Shown piece after piece: positions 18,112 through 28,208 of a DNA stretch of 40,150 nucleotides. This DNA is from a virus, in UHGV virus genome UHGV-0075716; one strand, written 5' to 3'. How positions within the stretch are numbered: the stretch's first letter is position 1; each line of letters begins with the position of its first letter. A model generated the notes under the pieces. The model was given only the letters and a program-made list of their open reading frames with translations, ran no database searches and had not been told where the DNA came from. Both the position numbers and the translations under genes were made by a program.

Positions 18112-20310
18112 TTACTGCTGTGGTTGTTGCTGAGTTGATTTTTGCAGGATGCTGCTGATGTCCATGCGCTGCGCATGGCCCTGTGCCTGACTTTTCAGGA
18201 CAAGCTCTGCATCAGCACGGGCATTGTCTCCTTGCTGTTGCTGGAACTGTCCGAGCAGTTTCAGAGCCTCGCGGATATCAGATTTCTGCTGGCTATCGGC
18301 AGATGCGAGGATTTTCACAACATTTGCCGCTGCAACCTGAGCATCAGTCTGTGCCTGGAATGCTTTAACCTGAATGGCTGCCTGCTCGTTCTGCGCTTTC
18401 TGCAATTCAGCCTGACCAGCAAGAAGCTGACCTTGCGCAGCAACCATAGCCGGATCTGGCTGACTGGCCTGTTGTTGTTTCGCCTGCTCAACCATCTGCT
18501 GTTCTTCTGGCGTTCTCGGCTTGATAACTCCAGACAGAAGCAACTGATTGCGGTTGTATTCTTTAAGGTCGTCCATCCCTTCGCCGTCCATATTGTCGAG
18601 GATCATCGACGATACAAGGTCGTGTTTCGGCGTTCCGGGCGGGATAAGTGCCAGCATGGAAAGTAACGACTTAACCGTTGCGTCACGGCGAGTAGCGAAC
18701 GACTGACCGACATCGACAGTCACTTCATAGTTACCCTGCGAAAGGTCGTTAAGCGCGATAACCTGCCCTGTCTGACGGTCAACCACTTCACCAGTCATCA
18801 GCGCCACGTCATCGCTGCCATCCTCATTAACGATGCGCATTGGCGTATCGCTGCCATAGACTTCACGAGCCATAGAAAGCCACACGACGCCAGCACGGCG
18901 CATGGATTTAGCCATGTTGTCCATGTAGATATAGGACTGCGTGTCCATCCGGTTAAAGATGCTATCAACGGTATCGGTAGCGACGTTGCTCGGCATGTTC
19001 TCAAGCTGCGACGCACCTGTAATTTGCTGAATAGCCGTTCCGGTGTACTGCAATAGCCCGGCAAGAGCTGGCGGCATTTGTGTCGGAGGTGTCCAGCCAG
19101 CAACCTGAGCTTCTGAAATGACTGTTCCGTTTTTGTCCTTCTTGCTGGTCATAGGAAGAACTGCAGGTCTTTTCTTATTCCTCTCTGCCCAGTGATTCAT
19201 TAATGGGCCGGGAATGAAATCAACATCCACGATAGGAATGCCATCACCGCCAGCCTGAGTGGCGTTATCTGCAATCATGGAAACCATCAGGTTCTCAAGA
19301 CGCTGTGCATCCATCGCTTTTGCTGCGTGGCCTTCGATTCGCTCCTGATTATCAACAAATGAGCGACGCCCATATACCGGGATGAGTGGAATATGTTCGC
19401 CCGGAATACGCTTCGGTTCTTCCAGCCATTCAGCGCCAGACAGAAGGCCGCAATAAACGCGGCGTTTCTTCACCGTTCGCTCACCAATCAGTTCGAATGC
19501 GCCATCGGTTAGCTCGTCGACAATATCTTTGATTTGATCTTCATCATAGATTGCCGTTTCTCCGCTAACAGGGTTGCGCCACGCCGTGAGCTTCACCTTC
19601 TCTATGCGGACTTCGTAGTAACGTCCAACATAGATGGCATCTGGCGTTGACCAGTCATATTGAGTGCCAGTGTCATCACGAGAAAGGCTTGCCGCGATGG
19701 AATCAGGGTATTCAGCCTCGAACGCTTTAGGCGTCATGGAGAACATTTCCATAGCCCACATAGCATCAGAGCGGTCATATTGCTTGCTGTCCTGATCAAA
19801 GAAGACGCATGTCGCTGGGTCGTAAACAGGAAGAAGGCTGATGCGGCGCTGCTCGTTACTCGGATCCATTTCATCTTCGTAATCGGCACACATGCGGAAA
19901 CAACCGAATCCACCCGTTACGGCATCATCAAATGCGTTATCACACGCTTCGCCACCGGATGTTTCCTGATAGTCAGCGCGGAATTTGCCGTTCATTTTTT
20001 CGGCTAAAGCTTCCGATGCCTTGTCATCCTTCGGCCTGAATTTAACGCTGATGCGATTCTGTCGATACTCGCCAATGATGCGATCACATTCACGGGAAAT
20101 CTTATTCAGTTCAAAACGCGGATAATGCTCAAACCTGCCTTCATCAAATGAGTAACCAGCGTTTGTGCTGCCTTCCCACTGTGCGCCGGACACCCGGACG
20201 AAACGCTGAGCCTCAATAATCTGCTCACGCATATCCTGCGTTGCTGACCAGGCATTATCAAAGTTGCACAGCACCTTGCGATGCCAGTCAGTCATCTTTT
20301 TTTCTGCCAT
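18112..20310 (-). CDS. Portal protein (P22 gp1-like)
   Basis: 732 aa; directly downstream of terminase large subunit; Gln-rich C-terminal barrel-like tail. Confidence 0.85.
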   Translation of the reverse strand: MAEKKMTDWHRKVLCNFDNAWSATQDMREQIIEAQRFVRVSGAQWEGSTNAGYSFDEGRFEHYPRFELNKISRECDRIIGEYRQNRISVKFRPKDDKASEALAEKMNGKFRADYQETSGGEACDNAFDDAVTGGFGCFRMCADYEDEMDPSNEQRRISLLPVYDPATCVFFDQDSKQYDRSDAMWAMEMFSMTPKAFEAEYPDSIAASLSRDDTGTQYDWSTPDAIYVGRYYEVRIEKVKLTAWRNPVSGETAIYDEDQIKDIVDELTDGAFELIGERTVKKRRVYCGLLSGAEWLEEPKRIPGEHIPLIPVYGRRSFVDNQERIEGHAAKAMDAQRLENLMVSMIADNATQAGGDGIPIVDVDFIPGPLMNHWAERNKKRPAVLPMTSKKDKNGTVISEAQVAGWTPPTQMPPALAGLLQYTGTAIQQITGASQLENMPSNVATDTVDSIFNRMDTQSYIYMDNMAKSMRRAGVVWLSMAREVYGSDTPMRIVNEDGSDDVALMTGEVVDRQTGQVIALNDLSQGNYEVTVDVGQSFATRRDATVKSLLSMLALIPPGTPKHDLVSSMILDNMDGEGMDDLKEYNRNQLLLSGVIKPRTPEEQQMVEQAKQQQASQPDPAMVAAQGQLLAGQAELQKAQNEQAAIQVKAFQAQTDAQVAAANVVKILASADSQQKSDIREALKLLGQFQQQQGDNARADAELVLKSQAQGHAQRMDISSILQKSTQQQPQQ

Positions 20311-20311
20311 A

Positions 20312-21727
20312 TCAACCTACACCACAAGGAATTGAGTAACTGGAATAGTCGGGTTGCGCAGCCGACTCCGGGCAATGCATACACATCATCAGCGCATCAG
20401 CCAGGTTAGGAGATGGAATACCGAGCTTCTGCTTCATTTCGACCTTAGTCATTAGCTCCAGCTTCCCGTTGTTATTGAATTTGCGCTGAATCTGCGTCAA
20501 TTCTGCAAACAGCTTCTCCAGCATCTTCTCGCCTATCGCTTCTTTGTCGAAGCTCAGCATGTCGTCGGGGTCTGCATACTCACCGTGGACAACCGCCCGA
20601 TATGTCAGATACAGCCTGTCAGCCAGTGCGTAATAGAATTGCGCTCGCTTATTGCGGAATACATCGCCAATAGTACGAACGTTGTCACCCTGTACGACTT
20701 CATCAGCCCATGCTCCGGCTTGATACGGTGCATCTTCATCGAATGGCGATTCGCTGCCCTTGAACATCGTGGCGGTGATTTTCTTGCCGGAAAACGCTTC
20801 CGTTGTCTGTCTGCGTAGCCCGGCACCAACACCATCACCATCCCACAGGTAATGGTCAGCGCCGTCTTCAATCGCCAGCGAAGTAGCCCAGTCAGCACCC
20901 TCGTTGATGTCCATCAGCAGACCTTCGGCAATGCGCTTAACTACCGAACCGTGACGCGATGCATAACCTTTAGCATCTGGCCCTGTATCTGATGGGTCAT
21001 GCGCAGAGACAACAGCGCCTTTCGCTTTCCATCCGAGTTTCTTGTGCGCATCGGTTGCGGCTTCAAGCCATTCACGTTTGATAATTGCCATATCACTTGC
21101 GCTCACTGGCTCACCAAGCCAGATGTGACGATACAGTGTCGGATTTCTGCGTTTACACTCTTCCATCTCCAGACGGAGAACTTCAGGAAAGTGCGGGTTG
21201 TCGGTGTAGTTCACCGTCAACAGGCAAATATCATCAGGAGGATTTACGACGAATCGCTGATAGGTATCGTCGAGTATGTTCTTCGGGTTAAAGCTCACCC
21301 ATATTTCAGAGAACGGCTTACGGATGGTTGGTATCAGGATATCCCATGATTCCTTCGTTACCGCTTCCGCTTCTTCCACCCAGCAGATATCAATACCTTC
21401 GAGCGATTTAATCTTCGTCGGGTTGTTTTTGATGCCGTAGAACATGAATTCAGCATTCGTTCCGAGATGACGAATCATTGAACGCTGAATTTCAAACTCA
21501 GCCGAATATCCTTCACGCTCGATGGTGTCTTCAAGCAGCCGGATTACCGAATCGCTGATACTGTTTTGCAGTTCACGAGCGCAAAGAATACGCACTGGCT
21601 GACGACGCGCCGCTTCAACAAGCAGCCTCGCAATTGCCCATGATTTACCGCTACCTCGACCGCCTTTGGCGACTTTGTAGCGATGCGCCTCAATGAACGG
21701 TTCAAAGATAGGATTAATCGAGGTCAT
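20312..21727 (-). CDS. Terminase large subunit
   Basis: 471 aa; Walker A VAKGGRGSGKSWA near N-terminus; nuclease-domain acidic residues C-terminally. Confidence 0.9.
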   Translation of the reverse strand: MTSINPIFEPFIEAHRYKVAKGGRGSGKSWAIARLLVEAARRQPVRILCARELQNSISDSVIRLLEDTIEREGYSAEFEIQRSMIRHLGTNAEFMFYGIKNNPTKIKSLEGIDICWVEEAEAVTKESWDILIPTIRKPFSEIWVSFNPKNILDDTYQRFVVNPPDDICLLTVNYTDNPHFPEVLRLEMEECKRRNPTLYRHIWLGEPVSASDMAIIKREWLEAATDAHKKLGWKAKGAVVSAHDPSDTGPDAKGYASRHGSVVKRIAEGLLMDINEGADWATSLAIEDGADHYLWDGDGVGAGLRRQTTEAFSGKKITATMFKGSESPFDEDAPYQAGAWADEVVQGDNVRTIGDVFRNKRAQFYYALADRLYLTYRAVVHGEYADPDDMLSFDKEAIGEKMLEKLFAELTQIQRKFNNNGKLELMTKVEMKQKLGIPSPNLADALMMCMHCPESAAQPDYSSYSIPCGVG

Positions 21728-22164
21728 TTTCCGAACAGAGTGCTCATCGGTGATGTTTCAATCTGAATTGCGCCGCCGTCTTTGCCTGTTAGCTCGTGAT
21801 CAACCTTGTCGCGCCATTTATCCTTCTGTCGGTTCTTAAGCCAGAAGATGGCGGCAGTTGTATCAGGCGGGTAATACTTCTCAAGCGGAGTTTCGACAAT
21901 TCTGTTTTCAATAACACGAATATCGATGTCTGGAGCCACGAAGCCCATAGCGCGTTGATAAAGACGGTCACTAACTTCTGCATCAGCGACGGCCTTACCC
22001 TTTTTTATGGACTCCGAAAACTCAGGATAATCAAGCTTCCACTTGTTAATAGTTGACTCACTGACTTCGAAGAAATCAGCAAGCTCTGCATCGGTGTAGC
22101 CCAGCAAGCACAGTTTGCGTGCCTGTTCGGCATACGCCTCTTGATACTTTGTTGGGCGCGCCAT
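21724..22164 (-). CDS. Terminase small subunit (Sf6 gp1-like)
   Basis: 146 aa; N-terminal HTH-like segment; C-terminus ...LTGKDGGAIQIETSPMSTLFGK as recalled for Sf6-type small terminases. Confidence 0.8.
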   Translation of the reverse strand: MARPTKYQEAYAEQARKLCLLGYTDAELADFFEVSESTINKWKLDYPEFSESIKKGKAVADAEVSDRLYQRAMGFVAPDIDIRVIENRIVETPLEKYYPPDTTAAIFWLKNRQKDKWRDKVDHELTGKDGGAIQIETSPMSTLFGK

Positions 22165-22166
22165 GT

Positions 22167-22409
22167 TTATGCTCCGGTGGTGAACAGGTATAACGCTTCC
22201 TTCGATTTACGCACCGCTTCGATAGTGCGGGTAGTGATATCTGAATTAGCGCCGCCTGACTGGAAGTGAATTTTGAATAGCTCAAGCTTCAACTCGTCAG
22301 TGCCAATGAATTGAAATGCTTCTTCTGCGGCTGCGTTCTGGTTCATGACCAGTTTGTAAATCTCTAACTGGAATTTCTGTTCTTCAGTCATGGGAATAAT
22401 CTCTGCCAT
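22167..22409 (-). CDS. Hypothetical protein upstream of terminase
   Basis: 80 aa ORF abutting the small terminase start, same strand. Confidence 0.5.
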   Translation of the reverse strand: MAEIIPMTEEQKFQLEIYKLVMNQNAAAEEAFQFIGTDELKLELFKIHFQSGGANSDITTRTIEAVRKSKEALYLFTTGA

Positions 22410-22572
22410 TGTTGGCTCCGTTTATCCGTTAAAAGGGATATCAGTTAAGTTATCCCGTGTAGGATATAAGCCATTATCAAGCCCACCCGTAGATAGGCTT
22501 TGTAATGGATAACCGTTGCTCAGTTCTCGTAATGCTTTGATTTTTTTCGATAACGCAGTTTTGCGTTTGCCA

Positions 22573-23094
22573 TCAGCACGCGATATCGAGAGTCAACTGC
22601 AGTTGCTCACGCCAGTACTCGACATTTGCTTCAATAACCGGCTTATCCCATCGCCAGCGAGCCATCTCTCTTGCCCCATTGCTGGCTTTTGATTTCCGGT
22701 CATCGCGAATGCGACATGCTTGCTCATATTTCTGCTGCTCAGTCAGTTCACCGCGAAGCAGACTATCAATGTGCAGGTCGCACCATACGGAGAATTTCGG
22801 ATCGCACCATCTTGCAAAGGCAACTGATAACTTTGGATGCAGCCATGTTCCGCCGCCCCTGTCCTTTCGTGCCTTGCTTGTTTTTACATACCCGGAATCA
22901 CGGGTATGTAGAATTTTCGATGGTTCACCTGAATAAACCTCATCCAGAGCTCTAACGTATTCGAGAGTTTCAGCGTTGGACAACCAGTGATCCAGACGCT
23001 TCCCGAAACGTTTTGCAATATCAGTGGCATTAATCCAGCCATCAGTATTGAAGCGGATAGGTTCGCCTTTGTAATTTAGTGGAACGATATTCAT
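22573..23094 (-). CDS. KilA-N domain protein
   Basis: 173 aa; N-terminal ~100 aa resembles the KilA-N DNA-binding fold; basic C-terminus. Confidence 0.65.
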   Translation of the reverse strand: MNIVPLNYKGEPIRFNTDGWINATDIAKRFGKRLDHWLSNAETLEYVRALDEVYSGEPSKILHTRDSGYVKTSKARKDRGGGTWLHPKLSVAFARWCDPKFSVWCDLHIDSLLRGELTEQQKYEQACRIRDDRKSKASNGAREMARWRWDKPVIEANVEYWREQLQLTLDIAC

Positions 23095-23240
23095 AGCGTC
23101 TTACCTTTTAGAAAGATGAGCCTGTTCGCACAGAAAAGCCGCCCCGAGATGGTCGCCACCATATACGGCAGTTCTCAGGCTCAGCTTTCTGAAAGACTCG
23201 GGATTGTTACGCGCTGCGATGCGCGGTTTACTGCAGATGT

Positions 23241-23264
23241 AAAAAAGCCCCGCAAATGCGAGGC
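23241..23264 (-). terminator. Putative rho-independent terminator downstream of the lysis cassette
   Basis: On - strand GCCTCGC-ATTT-GCGGGGC hairpin followed by T6. Confidence 0.5.
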
Positions 23265-23438
23265 TAAATCCTGGTATTTGTAATGACTGGCTCTTATCTC
23301 AACGCAGCCCCTTACCGCGCGCCAGATGCTCAACTTCAAGCATCAGCAATGAGATGTTTAATCTGGATTCACTCCAGAAGTGATCACCACCCTGTCTACA
23401 GAGCCAGATGTGAAGGATGATGAGTAAAATTATCGCTA

Positions 23439-23876
23439 TCATCGAAGGCATTGCGTCCTGATGTATTCCTGCAGGTAGTTAACCTGCGCGGTTATCTTGT
23501 CGATTCCACTTCGGAGACGGTAATAATTGAGTTCAGCATCTGCTGTAAGTCTTGGGCTTTCTCCATTGCCCATGCTGCTGGCTCCGGTCGTTGACTTTGC
23601 ACAGGTGGCGGCGACTTGCAGGCGCTTACGACCAGCAGAAACATCAGCACGGAGACTTTCGATAGTCGCGTTAGCATCAGCAAGCTCCTTTGTGTATCTG
23701 GCGTCGAGTTCTGCTACATCACGTTGACGCTTCTGCATGTCAGCAATTGTGGATGCGGCCTTATCGCGCTGCTCTTTGTAGGCGATGGCGTTATCACGGT
23801 AGTGATTAACAGCCCATGACAGGCAAACGATGATGCAGATAACCAGAGCGGAGATAATCGCGGTTACTCTGCTCAT
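23439..23876 (-). CDS. Rz: Spanin inner-membrane subunit Rz
   Basis: 145 aa; [30 protein letters not shown]... like lambda Rz; overlaps R stop. Confidence 0.85.
   Translation of the reverse strand: MSRVTAIISALVICIIVCLSWAVNHYRDNAIAYKEQRDKAASTIADMQKRQRDVAELDARYTKELADANATIESLRADVSAGRKRLQVAATCAKSTTGASSMGNGESPRLTADAELNYYRLRSGIDKITAQVNYLQEYIRTQCLR
23492..23683 (-). CDS. Rz1: Spanin outer-membrane lipoprotein Rz1, embedded in Rz in +1 frame
   Basis: Lipobox LVVSAC followed by Pro-rich segment, wholly inside Rz. Confidence 0.7.
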   Translation of the reverse strand: MLMLTRLSKVSVLMFLLVVSACKSPPPVQSQRPEPAAWAMEKAQDLQQMLNSIITVSEVESTR

Positions 23877-24349
23877 ACCTCAATCTCTCTGACTGTTCCG
23901 CCAGCTTCTTTGAATTTTGTAATCAGGCTGTCAGCCTTATGCTCGAACTGACCATAACCAGCGCCCGGCAGTGAAGCCCATATATTGCTGCAACGGTCGA
24001 TAGCCTGACGGATATCACCGCGATCAATCATCGGTAAAGCGCCACGCTCTTTAATCTGTTGCAATGCCACAGCGTCCTGGCTTTTCGGAGAGAAGTCTTT
24101 CAGGCCAAGCTGCTTACGATAGGCATCCCACCAACGGGAAAGAAGCTGGTAACGTCCGGCTGCTGTTGATTTGAGTTTGGGGTTTAGCGTGACAAGTTTG
24201 CGAGGGTGATCAGAGTAATCAGTGAATAGCTCTCCGCCAACAATGACGTCATAACCATGATTTCTGGTTTTCTGACGTCCATTATCAGTTCCCTCTGACC
24301 ACGCCAGCATATCGAGGAACGCCTTACGTTGATTATTGATTTCCACCAT
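23873..24349 (-). CDS. R: Endolysin R (lambda-type lytic transglycosylase)
   Basis: 158 aa; [39 protein letters not shown]... matches lambda R as recalled. Confidence 0.9.
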   Translation of the reverse strand: MVEINNQRKAFLDMLAWSEGTDNGRQKTRNHGYDVIVGGELFTDYSDHPRKLVTLNPKLKSTAAGRYQLLSRWWDAYRKQLGLKDFSPKSQDAVALQQIKERGALPMIDRGDIRQAIDRCSNIWASLPGAGYGQFEHKADSLITKFKEAGGTVREIEV

Positions 24350-24656
24350 CTTCTACTCCGGCTTTTTTAGCAGCGAAGCGTTTGATAAGCGAACCAATCG
24401 AGTCAGTACCGATGTAGCCGATGAACACGCTCGTTATATAAGCGAGATTGCTACTTAGTCCGGCGAAGTCGAGAAGGTCACGAATGAACCAGGCGATAAT
24501 GGCGCACATCGTTGCGTCGATTACTGTTTTTGTAAACGCACCGCCATTATATCTGCCGCGAAGGTACGCCATTGCAAACGCAAGGATTGCCCCGATGCCT
24601 TGTTCCTTTGCCGCGAGAATGGCGGCTAACAGGTCATGTTTTTCTGGCATCTTCAT
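24333..24656 (-). CDS. S: Holin S (lambda S107/S105 dual-start)
   Basis: 107 aa; [34 protein letters not shown]... matches lambda S as recalled. Confidence 0.9.
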   Translation of the reverse strand: MKMPEKHDLLAAILAAKEQGIGAILAFAMAYLRGRYNGGAFTKTVIDATMCAIIAWFIRDLLDFAGLSSNLAYITSVFIGYIGTDSIGSLIKRFAAKKAGVEDGGNQ

Positions 24657-25054
24657 GTCTTACCCCCAATAAGGGGATTTGCTCTATTTAATTAGGAATA
24701 AGGTCGATTACTGATAGAACAAATCCAGGCTACTGTGTTTAGTAATCAGATTTGTTCGTGACCGATATGCACGGGCAAAACGGCAGGAGGTTGTTAGCGC
24801 GACCTCCTGCCACCCGCTTTCACGAAGGTCATGTGTAGAAGGCCGCAGCATAACTATCACTGATGAATTCAGGATAGCCAGTGGCTACGGCTCAGTTTGG
24901 GTTGTGCTGTTGCTGGGCGGCGATGACGCCTGTACGCATTTGGTGATCCGGTTCTGCTTCCGGCATTCGCTTAATTCAGCACAACGGAAAGAGCACTCGG
25001 TGCATTTAAGACAAGCTCCATAAGGGAGAATGCTCTTACCTGTTACACAGATAT

Positions 25055-25110
25055 AAAAAATCCCGAAACCGTTATGCAGGCTCTAACTATTACCTGCGAA
25101 CTGTTTCGGG
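25055..25110 (-). terminator. Late terminator tR-prime (3' end of 6S RNA)
   Basis: CCCGAAAC...GTTTCGGG stem with inner GCAGG/CCTGC, followed on - strand by T6; region reads as near-identical to lambda late leader. Confidence 0.55.
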
Positions 25111-25253
25111 ATTGCATTTTACAGACCTCTCAGCCTGCGATGGTTGGAGTTCCAGACGATACGTCGAAGTGACCAACTAGGCGGAATCGGTAGTAAGCGC
25201 CGCCTCTTTTCATCTCACTACCACAACGAGCGAATTAACCCATCGTTGGGGCA

Positions 25254-25282
25254 AATTTACCCAACTTTATTCAAAAAGTCAA
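25254..25282 (-). promoter_or_regulatory. Late promoter pR-prime (with qut region downstream)
   Basis: On - strand TTGACT-17 nt-TAAATT, 40-70 bp downstream of Q stop, as in lambda. Confidence 0.7.
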
Positions 25283-25324
25283 TATCATGCCGTTAATATG
25301 TTGCCATCCGTGGCAATCATGCTG

Positions 25325-25948
25325 CTAACGTGTGACCGCATTCAAAATGTTGTCTGCGATTGACTCTTCTTTGTGGCATTGCACCACCAGAGCGTCATAC
25401 AGCGGCTTAACAGTGCGTGACCATGTGGGTTGGGTAAGGTTGGGGATTAGCATCGTTACAGCGCGATATGCGGCGCTTGCTGGCATCCTTGAATAGCCGA
25501 CGCCTTTGCATCTTCCACACTCTTTCTCAACAACTCTCCCCCACTGCTCTGTTTTGGCAATATCAACCGCACGGCCTGTACCGTGGCAATCTCTGCATCT
25601 TGCGCCCGGCGTCGCGGCACTACGGCAATAATCCGCATAAGCGAATGTTGCGAGCACTTGCAGTACCTTTGCCTTAGTATTTCCTTCGAGCTTTGCCACA
25701 CCACGATATTTCCCCGATACCTTGTGTGCAAATTGCATCAGATAGTTGATAGCCTTTTGTTTGTCATTCTGGCTGAGTTCGTGCTTGCCGCAGAATGCAG
25801 CCATACCGAATCCGGCTTGTGATTGCGCCATCCCCATAGCAGCCATCACATCAGTACCGGAAAGAGAGTCAGAAGCCGTAGCCCGTGGTGAGTCACTCAT
25901 CATTGGGCTTTTTGGCGAATGAAATTTAGCTACGCTTTCGAGTCTCAT
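25325..25948 (-). CDS. Q: Late antiterminator Q (lambda-type)
   Basis: 207 aa; MRLESVAKFHSPKSPMMSDSP... with CRDCHGTG...CGRCKG zinc motif matches lambda Q as recalled. Confidence 0.9.
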   Translation of the reverse strand: MRLESVAKFHSPKSPMMSDSPRATASDSLSGTDVMAAMGMAQSQAGFGMAAFCGKHELSQNDKQKAINYLMQFAHKVSGKYRGVAKLEGNTKAKVLQVLATFAYADYCRSAATPGARCRDCHGTGRAVDIAKTEQWGRVVEKECGRCKGVGYSRMPASAAYRAVTMLIPNLTQPTWSRTVKPLYDALVVQCHKEESIADNILNAVTR

Positions 25949-26133
25949 GGCCTTCCCCTTTTGCCCTGTTTGACCATCAGGACGCCGTTAACTATTACGT
26001 GACGCTCGCCTTTGCTGTCTCGGTTGTACTTGAGCACTGTTCCTCTTGCGCAGGAAAGCATCCTTGCCACTTCGGTCTGATTGCCTCGTGTCTGGATAAG
26101 AAGCTCTGGTATCGTTTGAATTGTGGCGTTCAT
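25945..26133 (-). CDS. ninH: NinH-like protein
   Basis: 62 aa; IPELLIQTRGNQTEVARMLSCARGTVLKY resembles lambda NinH; just upstream of Q. Confidence 0.7.
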   Translation of the reverse strand: MNATIQTIPELLIQTRGNQTEVARMLSCARGTVLKYNRDSKGERHVIVNGVLMVKQGKRGRP

Positions 26134-26492
26134 GCGTTCTCCAGTTCGGTGATTTTTATTCCAAGCCTTCCGCCTGGTACTTTCACGCCACGAATTACGC
26201 GAATGTCATCGAATTGCTCGTCGTCTTCCGCAAATCCGGCGTGGATAAGGGAGTCGAGTAAACCTTTCAGGATGTTGTCGAGGTCGCGACGGCGGGAGTC
26301 CGGAACGTCTGCGATGACTTTGATACGGAGTCGTGATTTGGTGAAAATGTCTAACTTGAGTTGGCGGATGATTTGCTGAACGTCTTTTCGGTATTTCTGG
26401 CCTTTGTCGCTTATGTAATATTGGCTTCCCCGTCTTCGCCAGTAGGTATTCACCGACGGCGGGTATGGGAGCACAAACTGATATTCGTTCAT
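26130..26492 (-). CDS. rusA: Holliday-junction resolvase RusA
   Basis: 120 aa; PPSVNTYW...DVPDSRRRDLDNILKGLLDSL matches RusA signature. Confidence 0.85.
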   Translation of the reverse strand: MNEYQFVLPYPPSVNTYWRRRGSQYYISDKGQKYRKDVQQIIRQLKLDIFTKSRLRIKVIADVPDSRRRDLDNILKGLLDSLIHAGFAEDDEQFDDIRVIRGVKVPGGRLGIKITELENA

Positions 26493-26779
26493 GACTTAAT
26501 CTTCCCCTCCTTCAGCAGTATCGCCTGCGTCCTGATCACGCCTTCGAGGTGGTAAAGTCTGGCGTCTTTGTTGTCGAGATTATGGGTGCGTCGGTCGATT
26601 TCATCGTGACACGCGCTACAAGCCCATGCGCCGATCAGGTCGTCAGGCTTCATTCCCGTTCCGCAAATTCCAGCCATCCGGTAATGTGCCAGAACTGTAG
26701 TTTCAGGATTGCCATTGCATACGCCGTAAATACGTACCTGGCATTCTCTGCCGCGCGCTTCTTTGCGTAGGTTAGCCAT
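26489..26779 (-). CDS. DUF1364/YbcO-like zinc-binding protein
   Basis: 96 aa; MANLRKEARGRECQVRIYGVCNGNPETTVLAHYR...CSACHDEIDRR pattern. Confidence 0.6.
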   Translation of the reverse strand: MANLRKEARGRECQVRIYGVCNGNPETTVLAHYRMAGICGTGMKPDDLIGAWACSACHDEIDRRTHNLDNKDARLYHLEGVIRTQAILLKEGKIKS

Positions 26780-26984
26780 TTACCTTCCCTCGCAATTGAA
26801 GAATTGACTGAAGGTCTTTTTTAATAAATATGCGAGTGCGAATTGAGCAGTAGTTTTCCTTCATTCTGGCGTAGTAATAGTCTTTTCTTTGCTTAAGCTT
26901 GTTGGCATCCGCTGTCATCCAGTCTTTTACAGCAAACTTAATTAACCAGCGGTGGCAGAGATACCATTTCAGGTAATCACTCAT
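26772..26984 (-). CDS. Hypothetical small protein (AT-rich insert in nin region)
   Basis: 70 aa ORF, start overlaps ninF stop; no recognisable family. Confidence 0.4.
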   Translation of the reverse strand: MSDYLKWYLCHRWLIKFAVKDWMTADANKLKQRKDYYYARMKENYCSIRTRIFIKKDLQSILQLRGKVNG

Positions 26985-27153
26985 CGTCTTCTTCCTCGTA
27001 CATTGAGCTATTCGGATCGCTCATCAGTTCTGCGCAGCAGTGCTCACACACGTGAACTTCCAGCACATGCAGCTTCTGACCGCAGTTAGCGCACGTTAAA
27101 GCTCGCTCGACGCTTTCTTTCTGGTATTGAATGGATTGGGATGGGCTAAGCAT
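26977..27153 (-). CDS. ninF: NinF-like protein (58 aa, below ORF-track cutoff)
   Basis: Manual translation [58 protein letters not shown], close to lambda NinF as recalled. Confidence 0.7.
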   Translation of the reverse strand: MLSPSQSIQYQKESVERALTCANCGQKLHVLEVHVCEHCCAELMSDPNSSMYEEEDDE

Positions 27154-27547
27154 TATTGGCGTCCTGCATCATGAGAAAGACAATCATGGCAGCGCGGAGT
27201 GGGTTTTCATCTTGAGTCATATGATATGGGGTACTATCACCGCCAACTTTTCTATGCGCTGCCTTCCATAATCCATTTTCTGGTGCTGGAATAATTCCAA
27301 TTCTGTTCTCTACGATAATCGGCTCTGCGTCTGATGGGCTTTTACAGTAATCAACCGTTTTTATTGCATAACCAGTTTCGTCATCCCACTCAACACCAAC
27401 GATTGATGTTCCCAACTTTGCGATTTCGCAATCTTCGGGAGCAAATCCACAGCAAATTGCCACTCGCTTGTTAATTTCAAAATCACTTAACTGTGAATAA
27501 TCCATTGTCATTTCCTCGCACGATGTCTTAGCCACCGGATATCCCAC
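27146..27547 (-). CDS. NinX-position protein (DUF2591-like)
   Basis: 133 aa; sits between ninE and ninF where P22 carries ninX. Confidence 0.5.
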   Translation of the reverse strand: MGYPVAKTSCEEMTMDYSQLSDFEINKRVAICCGFAPEDCEIAKLGTSIVGVEWDDETGYAIKTVDYCKSPSDAEPIIVENRIGIIPAPENGLWKAAHRKVGGDSTPYHMTQDENPLRAAMIVFLMMQDANNA

Positions 27548-27684
27548 AGGTGAGCCGTGTAATTGAAGGTTTTTACGTCAGATTCTTTTGGGATTGGCTT
27601 GCGTTTATTTCTGGAGCGTTTCGTTGGAAGGTATTTGCAGTTTTCGCAGATGATGTCGGTGATACTTCGTCGCTGTCGCATCAT
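27508..27684 (-). CDS. ninE: NinE-like protein (start at internal ATG ~27684)
   Basis: [58 protein letters not shown] resembles lambda NinE. Confidence 0.7.
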   Translation of the reverse strand: MMRQRRSITDIICENCKYLPTKRSRNKRKPIPKESDVKTFNYTAHLWDIRWLRHRARK

Positions 27685-28208
27685 GCCGCTCTCCTGACGC
27701 CCCGCCCGATCGTCATCAATGTCGCTTTGGATACGGTAGTAAACATCCGTCGAGGACTGATGAACGGTCGCCAAATCAGCAGCATGGAACCTTTGCTGTT
27801 TCCCTTCTTCTCCAACCCTGTCGATGGTTCGATAAAATTAATCCGTCCATCAGTAATGATGCGAACTTCGTCAACACTCTCCAGAGCCTTGCTGAACCAT
27901 CCGACAGACATATCCTCTGGCACAAGCATCACTATCGTCTGTCGCTGTTGTATGCACTGCTCAGCGGCTTTTTCCACCCACGGCCTGATATTGCTGTACG
28001 GTGGGTTATTCCAGATTGCACCGTGGCTTTCCCACTCAGAATTGAGCGCGTCGTCGGCCTCAGTTAGCCAGTGAGCACACAGAGCATTTTTGTCGCTCGC
28101 TGCCGAATCCAGCCAGAATCCAAACTCAATATCCAGTGCATCAAAAAGCCAAAGCGGCGTTTGCCAGCAGTCCTTGTCGTGTGCTGGCGTATTTGATTTG
28201 ATAGTCAT
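27681..28208 (-). CDS. Phage Dam-type DNA N6-adenine methyltransferase
   Basis: [15 protein letters not shown]... and NPPY motif (IWNNPPYS); likely start ATG 28208 overlapping ninB stop (ATGA). Confidence 0.8.
   Translation of the reverse strand: MTIKSNTPAHDKDCWQTPLWLFDALDIEFGFWLDSAASDKNALCAHWLTEADDALNSEWESHGAIWNNPPYSNIRPWVEKAAEQCIQQRQTIVMLVPEDMSVGWFSKALESVDEVRIITDGRINFIEPSTGLEKKGNSKGSMLLIWRPFISPRRMFTTVSKATLMTIGRGVRRAA

Noticed and set aside
18142-20007. Antisense ORFs (174 aa, 115 aa and others) inside the portal gene, and similar ones inside scaffold and coat (15947-17859)
   Set aside because: Embedded in well-supported structural genes on the opposite strand; typical spurious ORFs of GC-rich coding DNA
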